Origin: the human T2T-CHM13v2.0 reference genome, Homo sapiens
Strand: one strand, 5' to 3'
Assembly: GCF_009914755.1 (NCBI RefSeq)
Contig: NC_060934.1
Length of the DNA stretch: 64,000 bases
Program-made: the position numbers and the translations under genes
The notes under the pieces: generated by a model
Told to the model about the DNA's origin: nothing
Seen by the model: only the letters and a program-made list of their open reading frames with translations
Database searches by the model: none
Shown: piece after piece, positions 1-12,556 of the stretch
Layout: every line of letters starts with the position of its first letter
How positions within the stretch are numbered: position 1 is the first letter of the stretch

Positions 1-200
1 GCAAGTGGAGATTTCAAGCGATTTGATGCCAATCTTAGACATGGAAATGTCTTCATATTAAAAGTACACAGAGTCATTCGTAGAAACTAGTTTGTGATGT
101 GTGCCTTCAACTCACAGAGTTTAACCTTTCTTTTCATAGAGCAGTTGGGAAACACTCTATTTGTAAAGTCTGCAAGTGGATATTTGGACCTCTTTGAGGC

Positions 201-217
201 CTTCGTTGGAAACGGGA
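201..217 (+). promoter_or_regulatory. CENP-B box (dimer 1 of HOR); recurs in every dimer, roughly 190 boxes in window
   Basis: CTTCGTTGGAAACGGGA is the canonical 17-bp box, with all nine essential bases (nTTCGnnnnAnnCGGGn) present. Confidence 0.97.
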
Positions 218-538
218 TTTCTTCATATAACGCTAGACAGAAGAATTCTCAGTAACTTCTTTGTGTTGTGTGTATTCAACTCACAGAGTTGAACCTTTCT
301 TTAGAGGGAGCAGAGGTGAAACACTCTTTTTGTGGAATTTGCTAGTGTAGATTTCAAACGCTTCGAAGACAGTGATAGAAAAGGATATATCTTCGTATTA
401 AAAGTAGACAAAATCATTCTCAGAAAACTCTTTGTGATGTGTGTGTTCAACTCACAGAGTTTAACCTTTCTTTAATCGAGCAGTTTGGAAATACACTCTT
501 TGTAAGTCTGCAGGTGGATATTTGGCCCTCTTTGAGCC

Positions 539-555
539 CTTCGTTGGAAACGGGA
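539..555 (+). promoter_or_regulatory. CENP-B box (dimer 2; this dimer is absent from 6-mers)
   Basis: CTTCGTTGGAAACGGGA, preceded by GAGCC rather than GAGGC. Confidence 0.97.
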
Positions 556-707
556 TTTCCTCATATAATGCTAGACAGAAGAATTCTCAGTAACTTCTTT
601 GTGTTGTTTGTATTCAACACACAGATTTGAACCTTCCTTTAGAGAGAGCAGATTTGAAACACTCTGTTTTTGGAATTTGCAAGTGCAGATTTCAAGCGCT
701 TCTAGGC

Positions 708-724
708 CTATGGCAGAAAAGGAA
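708..724 (+). promoter_or_regulatory. pJalpha-like site in an A-type monomer (once per HOR)
   Basis: CTATGGCAGAAAAGGAA matches 15/17 of the pJalpha consensus CTAYGGTGRAAAAGGAA (from recall) and lies at the position homologous to the CENP-B box. The other three A monomers are more degenerate here. Confidence 0.6.
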
Positions 725-878
725 ATATCTTCGTATAAAAACTACACAGAATCATTCTCAACAACTACTTTGTGATGTGTGCGTTCAACTCACAGAGTTT
801 AACCTTTCTTTTCATAGAGCAGTTTGGAAACACTCTGTTTGTAAAGCCTGCAAGTGCTTTTTTGGACTTCATTGAGGC

Positions 879-895
879 CTTCGTTGGAAACGGGA
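879..895 (+). promoter_or_regulatory. CENP-B box (dimer 3)
   Basis: CTTCGTTGGAAACGGGA exact match. Confidence 0.97.
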
Positions 896-1218
896 TTTCT
901 TCATATAATGCTAGACAGAAGAATTCTCAGTCACTTCTTTGTGTTGTGTGTATTCAAGTCACAGAGTTGAACCTTCCTTTAGACAGAGCAGTTTTGAAAA
1001 ATTCTTTCTGTGGAGTTTGCAAGTGGAGATTTCAAGCAATTTGAGGCTAATCTTTGAAATGGAAATATCTTCGTGTAAAAACTACACAGAATCATTCTCA
1101 GAAACTGCTTTGTCATCTGTGCGTTCAGTTCACAGAGTTTCACCTTTCTCTTCATAGAGCAGTTTGGAAAGACTCTGTCTGTAAAGTCTGCAAGTGATTA
1201 GTTAGACCCCTTTGAGGC

Positions 1219-1235
1219 CTTCGTTGGAAGCGGGA
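1219..1235 (+). promoter_or_regulatory. CENP-B box (dimer 4), tolerated variant
   Basis: CTTCGTTGGAAGCGGGA has A>G at non-essential position 12; the essential bases are intact. Confidence 0.93.
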
Positions 1236-1420
1236 TTTCTCATTTACTGCTAGACAGAAGAATTCTCAGTAAATCCTTTGTGTTGTGTGTATTCAACTCA
1301 CAGAGTGGAACCTTCCTTTATTCAGAGCAGTTTTGTAAAACACTTTTTGTGGAATTTGCAAGTGGAGATTTCAAGCGATTTGACGCCAATCTTAGACATG
1401 GAAATATCTTCATATTAAAA

Positions 1421-2439
1421 GTACACAGAGTCATTCGTAGAAACTAGTTTGTGATGTGTGCCTTCAACTCACAGAGTTTAACCTTTCTTTTCATAGAGCA
1501 GTTTGGAAACACTCTATTTGTAAAGTCTGCAAGTGGATATTTGGACCTCTTTGAGGCCTTCGTTGGAAACGGGATTTCTTCATACAACGCTAGACAGAAG
1601 AATTCTCAGTAACTTCTTTGTGTTGTGTGTATTCAACTCACAGAGTTGAACCTTTCTTTAGAGAGAGCAGAGTTGAAACACTCTGTTTTTGGAATTTGCA
1701 ACTGCAGATTTCAAGCGATTCTAGGCCTATGGCAGAAAAGGAAATATCTTCGTATAAAAACTACACAGAATCATTCTCAACAACTACTTTGTGATGTGTG
1801 CGTTCAACTCACAGAGTTTAACCTTTCTTTTCATAGAGCAGTTTGGAAACACTCTGTTTGTAAAGCCTGCAAGTGCTTTTTTGGACTTCATTGAGGCCTT
1901 CGTTGGAAACGGGATTTCTTCATATAATGCTAGACAGAAGAATTCTCAGTCACTTCTTTGTGTTGTGTGTATTCAAGTCACAGAGTTGAACCTTCCTTTA
2001 GACAGAGCAGTTTTGAAAAATTCTTTCTGTGGAGTTTGCAAGTGGAGATTTCAAGCGATTTGAGGCTAATCTTTGAAATGGAAATATCTTCGTGTAAAAA
2101 CTACACAGAATCATTCTCAGAAACTGCTTTGTCATCTGTGCGTTCAGTTCACAGAGTTTCACCTTTCTCTTCATAGAGCAGTTTGGAAAGACTCTGTCTG
2201 TAAAGTCTGCAAGTGATTAGTTAGACCCCTTTGAGGCCTTCGTTGGAAGCGGGATTTCTCATTTACTGCTAGACAGAAGAATTCTCAGTAAATCCTTTGT
2301 GTTGTGTGTATTCAACTCACAGAGTGGAACCTTCCTTTATTCAGAGCAGTTTTGAAACACTCTTTTTGTGGAATTTGCAAGTGGAGATTTCAAGCGATTT
2401 GACGCCAATCTTAGACATGGAAATATCTTCATATTAAAA
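1421..2439 (+). repeat. Representative 6-mer HOR variant, lineage 6A (1019 bp; lacks one 338-bp dimer)
   Basis: GTAC at 1421 and 2440, three CENP-B boxes. Diagnostic alleles CATACAACG, GCAACTGCAG and GCGATTCT. The 89-aa ORF marks all 22 6-mers, of which 17 are 6A type. Confidence 0.95.
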
Positions 2440-5400
2440 GTACACAGAGTCATTCGTAGAAACTAGTTTGTGATGTGTGCCTTCAACTCACAGAGTTTAA
2501 CCTTTCTTTTCATAGAGCAGTTGGGAAACACTCTATTTGTAAAGTCTGCAAGTGGATATTTGGACCTCTTTGAGGCCTTCGTTGGAAACGGGATTTCTTC
2601 ATATAACGCTAGACAGAAGAATTCTCAGTAACTTCTTTGTGTTGTGTGTATTCAACTCACAGAGTTGAACCTTTCTTTAGAGGGAGCAGAGGTGAAACAC
2701 TCTTTTTGTGGAATTTGCTAGTGTAGATTTCAAACGCTTCGAAGACAGTGATAGAAAAGGATATATCTTCGTATTAAAAGTAGACAAAATCATTCTCAGA
2801 AAACTCTTTGTGATGTGTGTGTTCAACTCACAGAGTTTAACCTTTCTTTAATCGAGCAGTTTGGAAATACACTCTTTGTAAGTCTGCAGGTGGATATTTG
2901 GCCCTCTTTGAGCCCTTCGTTGGAAACGGGATTTCCTCATATAATGCTAGACAGAAGAATTCTCAGTAACTTCTTTGTGTTGTTTGTATTCAACACACAG
3001 ATTTGAACCTTCCTTTAGAGAGAGCAGATTTGAAACACTCTGTTTTTGGAATTTGCAAGTGCAGATTTCAAGCGCTTCTAGGCCTATGGCAGAAAAGGAA
3101 ATATCTTCGTATAAAAACTACACAGAATCATTCTCAACAACTACTTTGTGATGTGTGCGTTCAACTCACAGAGTTTAACCTTTCTTTTCATAGAGCAGTT
3201 TGGAAACACTCTGTTTGTAAAGCCTGCAAGTGCTTTTTTGGACTTCATTGAGGCCTTCGTTGGAAACGGGATTTCTTCATATAATGCTAGACAGAAGAAT
3301 TCTCAGTCACTTCTTTGTGTTGTGTGTATTCAAGTCACAGAGTTGAACCTTCCTTTAGACAGAGCAGTTTTGAAAAATTCTTTCTGTGGAGTTTGCAAGT
3401 GGAGATTTCAAGCGATTTGAGGCTAATCTTTGAAATGGAAATATCTTCGTGTAAAAACTACACAGAATCATTCTCAGAAACTGCTTTGTCATCTGTGCGT
3501 TCAGTTCACAGAGTTTCACCTTTCTCTTCATAGAGCAGTTTGGAAAGACTCTGTCTGTAAAGTCTGCAAGTGATTAGTTAGACCCCTTTGAGGCCTTCGT
3601 TGGAAGCGGGATTTCTCATTTACTGCTAGACAGAAGAATTCTCAGTAAATCCTTTGTGTTGTGTGTATTCAACTCACAGAGTGGAACCTTCCTTTATTCA
3701 GAGCAGTTTTGAAAAACACTTTTTGTGGAATTTGCAAGTGGAGATTTCAAGCGATTTGATGCCAATCTTAGACATGGAAATGTCTTCATATTAAAAGTAC
3801 ACAGAGTCATTCGTAGAAACTAGTTTGTGATGTGTGCCTTCAACTCACAGAGTTTAACCTTTCTTTTCATAGAGCAGTTGGGAAACACTCTATTTGTAAA
3901 GTCTGCAAGTGGATATTTGGACCTCTTTGAGGCCTTCGTTGGAAACGGGATTTCTTCATATAACGCTAGACAGAAGAATTCTCAGTAACTTCTTTGTGTT
4001 GTGTGTATTCAACTCACAGAGTTGAACCTTTCTTTAGAGGGAGCAGAGGTGAAACACTCTTTTTGTGGAATTTGCTAGTGTAGATTTCAAACGCTTCGAA
4101 GACAGTGATAGAAAAGGATATATCTTCGTATTAAAAGTAGACAAAATCATTCTCAGAAAACTCTTTGTGATGTGTGTGTTCAACTCACAGAGTTTAACCT
4201 TTCTTTAATCGAGCAGTTTGGAAATACACTCTTTGTAAGTCTGCAGGTGGATATTTGGCCCTCTTTGAGCCCTTCGTTGGAAACGGGATTTCCTCATATA
4301 ATGCTAGACAGAAGAATTCTCAGTAACTTCTTTGTGTTGTTTGTATTCAACACACAGATTTGAACCTTCCTTTAGAGAGAGCAGATTTGAAACACTCTGT
4401 TTTTGGAATTTGCAAGTGCAGATTTCAAGCGCTTCTAGGCCTATGGCAGAAAAGGAAATATCTTCGTATAAAAACTACACAGAATCATTCTCAACAACTA
4501 CTTTGTGATGTGTGCGTTCAACTCACAGAGTTTAACCTTTCTTTTCATAGAGCAGTTTGGAAACACTCTGTTTGTAAAGCCTGCAAGTGCTTTTTTGGAC
4601 TTCATTGAGGCCTTCGTTGGAAACGGGATTTCTTCATATAATGCTAGACAGAAGAATTCTCAGTCACTTCTTTGTGTTGTGTGTATTCAAGTCACAGAGT
4701 TGAACCTTCCTTTAGACAGAGCAGTTTTGAAAAATTCTTTCTGTGGAGTTTGCAAGTGGAGATTTCAAGCAATTTGAGGCTAATCTTTGAAATGGAAATA
4801 TCTTCGTGTAAAAACTACACAGAATCATTCTCAGAAACTGCTTTGTCATCTGTGCGTTCAGTTCACAGAGTTTCACCTTTCTCTTCATAGAGCAGTTTGG
4901 AAAGACTCTGTCTGTAAAGTCTGCAAGTGATTAGTTAGACCCCTTTGAGGCCTTCGTTGGAAGCGGGATTTCTCATTTACTGCTAGACAGAAGAATTCTC
5001 AGTAAATCCTTTGTGTTGTGTGTATTCAACTCACAGAGTGGAACCTTCCTTTATTCAGAGCAGTTTTGAAAAACACTTTTTGTGGAATTTGCAAGTGGAG
5101 ATTTCAAGCGATTTGACGCCAATCTTAGACATGGAAATATCTTCATATTAAAAGTACACAGAGTCATTCGTAGAAACTAGTTTGTGATGTGTGCCTTCAA
5201 CTCACAGAGTTTAACCTTTCTTTTCATAGAGCAGTTTGGAAACACTCTATTTGTAAAGTCTGCAAGTGGATATTTGGACCTCTTTGAGGCCTTCGTTGGA
5301 AACGGGATTTCTTCATACAACGCTAGACAGAAGAATTCTCAGTAACTTCTTTGTGTTGTGTGTATTCAACTCACAGAGTTGAACCTTTCTTTAGAGAGAG

Positions 5401-8400
5401 CAGAGTTGAAACACTCTGTTTTTGGAATTTGCAACTGCAGATTTCAAGCGATTCTAGGCCTATGGCAGAAAAGGAAATATCTTCGTATAAAAACTACACA
5501 GAATCATTCTCAACAACTACTTTGTGATGTGTGCGTTCAACTCACAGAGTTTAACCTTTCTTTTCATAGAGCAGTTTGGAAACACTCTGTTTGTAAAGCC
5601 TGCAAGTGCTTTTTTGGACTTCATTGAGGCCTTCGTTGGAAACGGGATTTCTTCATGTAATGCTAGACAGAAGAATTCTCAGTCACTTCTTTGTGTTGTG
5701 TGTATTCAAGTCACAGAGTTGAACCTTCCTTTAGACAGAGCAGTTTTGAAAAATTCTTTCTGTGGAGTTTGCAAGTGGAGATTTCAAGCGATTTGAGGCT
5801 AATCTTTGAAATGGAAATATCTTCGTGTAAAAACTACACAGAATCATTCTCAGAAACTGCTTTGTCATCTGTGCGTTCAGTTCACAGAGTTTCACCTTTC
5901 TCTTCATAGAGCAGTTTGGAAAGACTCTGTCTGTAAAGTCTGCAAGTGATTAGTTAGACCCCTTTGAGGCCTTCGTTGGAAGCGGGATTTCTCATTTACT
6001 GCTAGACAGAAGAATTCTCAGTAAATCCTTTGTGTTGTGTGTATTCAACTCACAGAGTGGAACCTTCCTTTATTCAGAGCAGTTTTGAAACACTCTTTTT
6101 GTGGAATTTGCAAGTGGAGATTTCAAGCGATTTGACGCCAATCTTAGACATGGAAATATCTTCATATTAAAAGTACACAGAGTCATTCGTAGAAACTAGT
6201 TTGTGATGTGTGCCTTCAACTCACAGAGTTTAACCTTTCTTTTCATAGAGCAGTTGGGAAACACTCTATTTGTAAAGTCTGCAAGTGGATATTTGGACCT
6301 CTTTGAGGCCTTCGTTGGAAACGGGATTTCTTCATATAACGCTAGACAGAAGAATTCTCAGTAACTTCTTTGTGTTGTGTGTATTCAACTCACAGAGTTG
6401 AACCTTTCTTTAGAGGGAGCAGAGGTGAAACACTCTTTTTGTGGAATTTGCTAGTGTAGATTTCAAACGCTTCGAAGACAGTGATAGAAAAGGATATATC
6501 TTCGTATTAAAAGTAGACAAAATCATTCTCAGAAAACTCTTTGTGATGTGTGTGTTCAACTCACAGAGTTTAACCTTTCTTTAATCGATCAGTTTGGAAA
6601 TACACTCTTTGTAAGTCTGCAGGTGGATATTTGGCCCTCTTTGAGCCCTTCGTTGGAAACGGGATTTCCTCATATAATGCTAGACAGAAGAATTCTCAGT
6701 AACTTCTTTGTGTTGTTTGTATTCAACACACAGATTTGAACCTTCCTTTAGAGAGAGCAGATTTGAAACACTCTGTTTTTGGAATTTGCAAGTGCAGATT
6801 TCAAGCGCTTCTAGGCCTATGGCAGAAAAGGAAATATCTTCGTATAAAAACTACACAGAATCATTCTCAACAACTACTTTGTGATGTGTGCGTTCAACTC
6901 ACAGAGTTTAACCTTTCTTTTCATAGAGCAGTTTGGAAACACTCTGTTTGTAAAGCCTGCAAGTGCTTTTTTGGACTTCATTGAGGCCTTCGTTGGAAAC
7001 GGGATTTCTTCATATAATGCTAGACAGAAGAATTCTCAGTCACTTCTTTGTGTTGTGTGTATTCAAGTCACAGAGTTGAACCTTCCTTTAGACAGAGCAG
7101 TTTTGAAAAATTCTTTCTGTGGAGTTTGCAAGTGGAGATTTCAAGCGATTTGAGGCTAATCTTTGAAATGGAAATATCTTCGTGTAAAAACTACACAGAA
7201 TCATTCTCAGAAACTGCTTTGTCATCTGTGCGTTCAGTTCACAGAGTTTCACCTTTCTCTTCATAGAGCAGTTTGGAAAGACTCTGTCTGTAAAGTCTGC
7301 AAGTGATTAGTTAGACCCCTTTGAGGCCTTCGTTGGAAGCGGGATTTCTCATTTACTGCTAGACAGAAGAATTCTCAGTAAATCCTTTGTGTTGTGTGTA
7401 TTCAACTCACAGAGTGGAACCTTCCTTTATTCAGAGCAGTTTTGAAAAACACTTTTTGTGGAATTTGCAAGTGGAGATTTCAAGCGATTTGACGCCAATC
7501 TTAGACATGGAAATATCTTCATATTAAAAGTACACAGAGTCATTCGTAGAAACTAGTTTGTGATGTGTGCCTTCAACTCACAGAGTTTAACCTTTCTTTT
7601 CATAGAGCAGTTTGGAAACACTCTATTTGTAAAGTCTGCAAGTGGATATTTGGACCTCTTTGAGGCCTTCGTTGGAAACGGGATTTCCTCATACAACGCT
7701 AGACAGAAGAATTCTCAGTAACTTCTTTGTGTTGTGTGTATTCAACTCACAGAGTTGAACCTTTCTTTAGAGAGAGCAGAGTTGAAACACTCTGTTTTTG
7801 GAATTTGCAACTGCAGATTTCAAGCGATTCTAGGCCTATGGCAGAAAAGGAAATATCTTCGTATAAAAACTACACAGAATCATTCTCAACAACTACTTTG
7901 TGATGTGTGCGTTCAACTCACAGAGTTTAACCTTTCTTTTCATAGAGCAGTTTGGAAACACTCTGTTTGTAAAGCCTGCAAGTGCTTTTTTGGACTTCAT
8001 TGAGGCCTTCGTTGGAAACGGGATTTCTTCATATAATGCTAGACAGAAGAATTCTCAGTCACTTCTTTGTGTTGTGTGTATTCAAGTCACAGAGTTGAAC
8101 CTTCCTTTAGACAGAGCAGTTTTGAAAAATTCTTTCTGTGTAATTTGCAAGTGGAGATTTCAAGCGATTTGAGGCTAATCTTTGAAATGGAAATATCTTC
8201 GTGTAAAAACTACACAGAATCATTCTCAGAAACTGCTTTGTCATCTGTGCGTTCAGTTCACAGAGTTTCACCTTTCTCTTCATAGAGCAGTTTGGAAAGA
8301 CTCTGTCTGTAAAGTCTGCAAGTGATTAGTTAGACCCCTTTGAGGCCTTCGTTGGAAGCGGGATTTCTCATTTACTGCTAGACAGAAGAATTCTCAGTAA

Positions 8401-9165
8401 ATCCTTTGTGTTGTGTGTATTCAACTCACAGAGTGGAACCTTCCTTTATTCAGAGCAGTTTTGAAACACTCTTTTTGTGGAATTTGCAAGTGGAGATTTC
8501 AAGCGATTTGACGCCAATCTTAGACATGGAAATATCTTCATATTAAAAGTACACAGAGTCATTCGTAGAAACTAGTTTGTGATGTGTGCCTTCAACTCAC
8601 AGAGTTTAACCTTTCTTTTCATAGAGCAGTTGGGAAACACTCTATTTGTAAAGTCTGCAAGTGGATATTTGGACCTCTTTGAGGCCTTCGTTGGAAACGG
8701 GATTTCTTCATATAACGCTAGACAGAAGAATTCTCAGTAACTTCTTTGTGTTGTGTGTATTCAACTCACAGAGTTGAACCTTTCTTTAGAGGGAGCAGAG
8801 GTGAAACACTCTTTTTGTGGAATTTGCTAGTGTAGATTTCAAACGCTTCGAAGACAGTGATAGAAAAGGATATATCTTCGTATTAAAAGTAGACAAAATC
8901 ATTCTCAGAAAACTCTTTGTGATGTGTGTGTTCAACTCACAGAGTTTAACCTTTCTTTAATCGAGCAGTTTGGAAATACACTCTTTGTAAGTCTGCAGGT
9001 GGATATTTGGCCCTCTTTGAGCCCTTCGTTGGAAACGGGATTTCCTCATATAATGCTAGACAGAAGAATTCTCAGTAACTTCTTTGTGTTGTTTGTATTC
9101 AACACACAGATTTGAACCTTCCTTTAGAGAGAGCAGATTTGAAACACTCTGTTTTTGGAATTTGC

Positions 9166-9267
9166 TAGTGTAGATTTCAAACGCTTCGAAGACAGTGATA
9201 GAAAAGGATATATCTTCGTATTAAAAGTAGACAAAATCATTCTCAGAAAACTCTTTGTGATGTGTGT
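9166..9267 (+). other. Out-of-register sequence replacement (gene-conversion-like tract) inside an 8-mer; further copies at 21722-21823 and 41064-41165
   Basis: The sequence matches the dimer 338 bp upstream (8828-8929: CTAGTGTAG...CGAAGACAGTGATAG...GAAAACTCTTTG) instead of the usual CAAGTGCAG...CTAGGCCTATGG...CAACAACTAC. HOR length stays 1357 bp. Confidence 0.9.
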
Positions 9268-12200
9268 GTTCAACTCACAGAGTTTAACCTTTCTTTTCAT
9301 AGAGCAGTTTGGAAACACTCTGTTTGTAAAGCCTGCAAGTGCTTTTTTGGACTTCATTGAGGCCTTCGTTGGAAACGGGATTTCTTCATATAATGCTAGA
9401 CAGAAGAATTCTCAGTCACTTCTTTGTGTTGTGTGTATTCAAGTCACAGAGTTGAACCTTCCTTTAGACAGAGCAGTTTTGAAAAATTCTTTCTGTGGAG
9501 TTTGCAAGTGGAGATTTCAAGCGATTTGAGGCTAATCTTTGAAATGGAAATATCTTCGTGTAAAAACTACACAGAATCATTCTCAGAAACTGCTTTGTCA
9601 TCTGTGCGTTCAGTTCACAGAGTTTCACCTTTATCTTCATAGAGCAGTTTGGAAAGACTCTGTCTGTAAAGTCTGCAAGTGATTAGTTAGACCCCTTTGA
9701 GGCCTTCGTTGGAAGCGGGATTTCTCATTTACTGCTAGACAGAAGAATTCTCAGTAAATCCTTTGTGTTGTGTGTATTCAACTCACAGAGTGGAACCTTC
9801 CTTTATTCAGAGCAGTTTTGAAACACTCTTTTTGTGGAATTTGCAAGTGGAGATTTCAAGCGATTTGACGCCAATCTTAGACATGGAAATATCTTCATAT
9901 TAAAAGTACACAGAGTCATTCGTAGAAACTAGTTTGTGATGTGTGCCTTCAACTCACAGAGTTTAACCTTTCTTTTCATAGAGCAGTTGGGAAACACTCT
10001 ATTTGTAAAGTCTGCAAGTGGATATTTGGACCTCTTTGAGGCCTTCGTTGGAAACGGGATTTCTTCATATAACGCTAGACAGAAGAATTCTCAGTAACTT
10101 CTTTGTGTTGTGTGTATTCAACTCACAGAGTTGAACCTTTCTTTAGAGGGAGCAGAGGTGAAACACTCTTTTTGTGGAATTTGCTAGTGTAGATTTCAAA
10201 CGCTTCGAAGACAGTGATAGAAAAGGATATATCTTCGTATTAAAAGTAGACAAAATCATTCTCAGAAAACTCTTTGTGATGTGTGTGTTCAACTCACAGA
10301 GTTTAACCTTTCTTTAATCGAGCAGTTTGGAAATACACTCTTTGTAAGTCTGCAGGTGGATATTTGGCCCTCTTTGAGCCCTTCGTTGGAAACGGGATTT
10401 CCTCATATAATGCTAGACAGAAGAATTCTCAGTAACTTCTTTGTGTTGTTTGTATTCAACACACAGATTTGAACCTTCCTTTAGAGAGAGCAGATTTGAA
10501 ACACTCTGTTTTTGGAATTTGCAAGTGCAGATTTCAAGCGCTTCTAGGCCTATGGCAGAAAAGGAAATATCTTCGTATAAAAACTACACAGAATCATTCT
10601 CAACAACTACTTTGTGATGTGTGCGTTCAACTCACAGAGTTTAACCTTTCTTTTCATAGAGCAGTTTGGAAACACTCTGTTTGTAAAGCCTGCAAGTGCT
10701 TTTTTGGACTTCATTGAGGCCTTCGTTGGAAACGGGATTTCTTCATATAATGCTACACAGAAGAATTCTCAGTCACTTCTTTGTGTTGTGTGTATTCAAG
10801 TCACAGAGTTGAACCTTCCTTTAGACAGAGCAGTTTTGAAAAATTCTTTCTGTGGAGTTTGCAAGTGGAGATTTCAAGCGATTTGAGGCTAATCTTTGAA
10901 ATGGAAATATCTTCGTGTAAAAACTACACAGAATCATTCTCAGAAACTGCTTTGTCATCTGTGCGTTCAGTTCACACAGTTTCACCTTTCTCTTCATAGA
11001 GCAGTTTGGAAAGACTCTGTCTGTAAAGTCTGCAAGTGATTAGTTAGACCCCTTTGAGGCCTTCGTTGGAAGCGGGATTTCTCATTTACTGCTAGACAGA
11101 AGAATTCTCTGTAAATCCTTTGTGTTGTGTGTATTCAACTCACAGAGTGGAACCTTCCTTTATTCAGAGCAGTTTTGAAACACTCTTTTTGTGCAATTTG
11201 CAAGTGGAGATTTCAAGCGATTTGACGCCAATCTTAGACATGGAAATATCTTCATATTAAAAGTACACAGAGTCATTCGTAGAAACTAGTTTGTGATGTG
11301 TGCCTTCAACTCACAGAGTTTAACCTTTCTTTTCATAGAGCAGTTGGGAAACACTCTATTTGTAAAGTCTGCAAGTGGATATTTGGACCTCTTTGAGGCC
11401 TTCGTTGGAAACGGGATTTCTTCATATAACGCTAGACAGAAGAATTCTCAGTAACTTCTTTGTGTTGTGTGTATTCAACTCACCGAGTTGAACCTTTCTT
11501 TAGAGGGAGCAGAGGTGAAACACTCTTTTTGTGGAATTTGCTAGTGTAGATTTCAAACGCTTCGAAGACAGTGATAGAAAAGGATATATCTTCGTATTAA
11601 AAGTAGACAAAATCATTCTCAGAAAACTCTTTGTGATGTGTGTGTTCAACTCACAGAGTTTAACCTTTCTTTAATCGAGCAGTTTGGAAATACACTCTTT
11701 GTAAGTCTGCAGGTGGATATTTGGCCCTCTTTGAGCCCTTCGTTGGAAACGGGATTTCCTCATATAATGCTAGACAGAAGAATTCTCAGTAACTTCTTTG
11801 TGTTGTTTGTATTCAACACACAGATTTGAACCTTCCTTTAGAGAGAGCAGATTTGAAACACTCTGTTTTTGGAATTTGCAAGTGCAGATTTCAAGCGCTT
11901 CTAGGCCTATGGCAGAAAAGGAAATATCTTCGTATAAAAACTACACAGAATCATTCTCAACAACTACTTTGTGATGTGTGCGTTCAACTCACAGAGTTTA
12001 ACCTTTCTTTTCATAGAGCAGTTTGGAAACACTCTGTTTGTAAAGCCTGCAAGTGCTTTTTTGGACTTCATTGAGGCCTTCGTTGGAAACGGGATTTCTT
12101 CATATAATGCTAGACAGAAGAATTCTCAGTCACTTCTTTGTGTTGTGTGTATTCAAGTCACAGAGTTGAACCTTCCTTTAGACAGAGCAGTTTTGAAAAA

Positions 12201-12556
12201 TTCTTTCTGTGGAGTTTGCAAGTGGAGATTTCAAGCGATTTGAGGCTAATCTTTGAAATGGAAATATCTTCGTGTAAAAACTACACAGAATCATTCTCAG
12301 AAACTGCTTTGTCATCTGTGCGTTCAGTTCACAGAGTTTCACCTTTCTCTTCATAGAGCAGTTTGGAAAGACTCTGTCTGTAAAGTCTGCAAGTGATTAG
12401 TTAGACCCCTTTGAGGCCTTCGTTGGAAGCGGGATTTCTCATTTACTGCTAGACAGAAGAATTCTCAGTAAATCCTTTGTGTTGTGTGTATTCAACTCAC
12501 AGAGTGGAACCTTCCTTTATTCAGAGCAGTTTTGAAAAACACTTTTTGTGGAATTT

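Larger units (their letters stand above)
64..1420 (+). repeat. Representative 8-mer HOR unit (1357 bp, RsaI to RsaI); 31 copies in window
   Basis: GTAC at 64 and 1421. Four CENP-B boxes at 201, 539, 879 and 1219, with the next at 1558 (spacings 338, 340, 340, 339 = 1357). Each 8-mer is marked by the 63/81-aa ORF ending ...FVFNTQI. Confidence 0.96.

Noticed and set aside
9124-9529. Longer 124-aa ORF and antisense 77-aa ORF (also at 21.7 and 41.0 kb)
   Set aside because: These are by-products of the conversion tract removing stop codons; there is no evidence of coding function.
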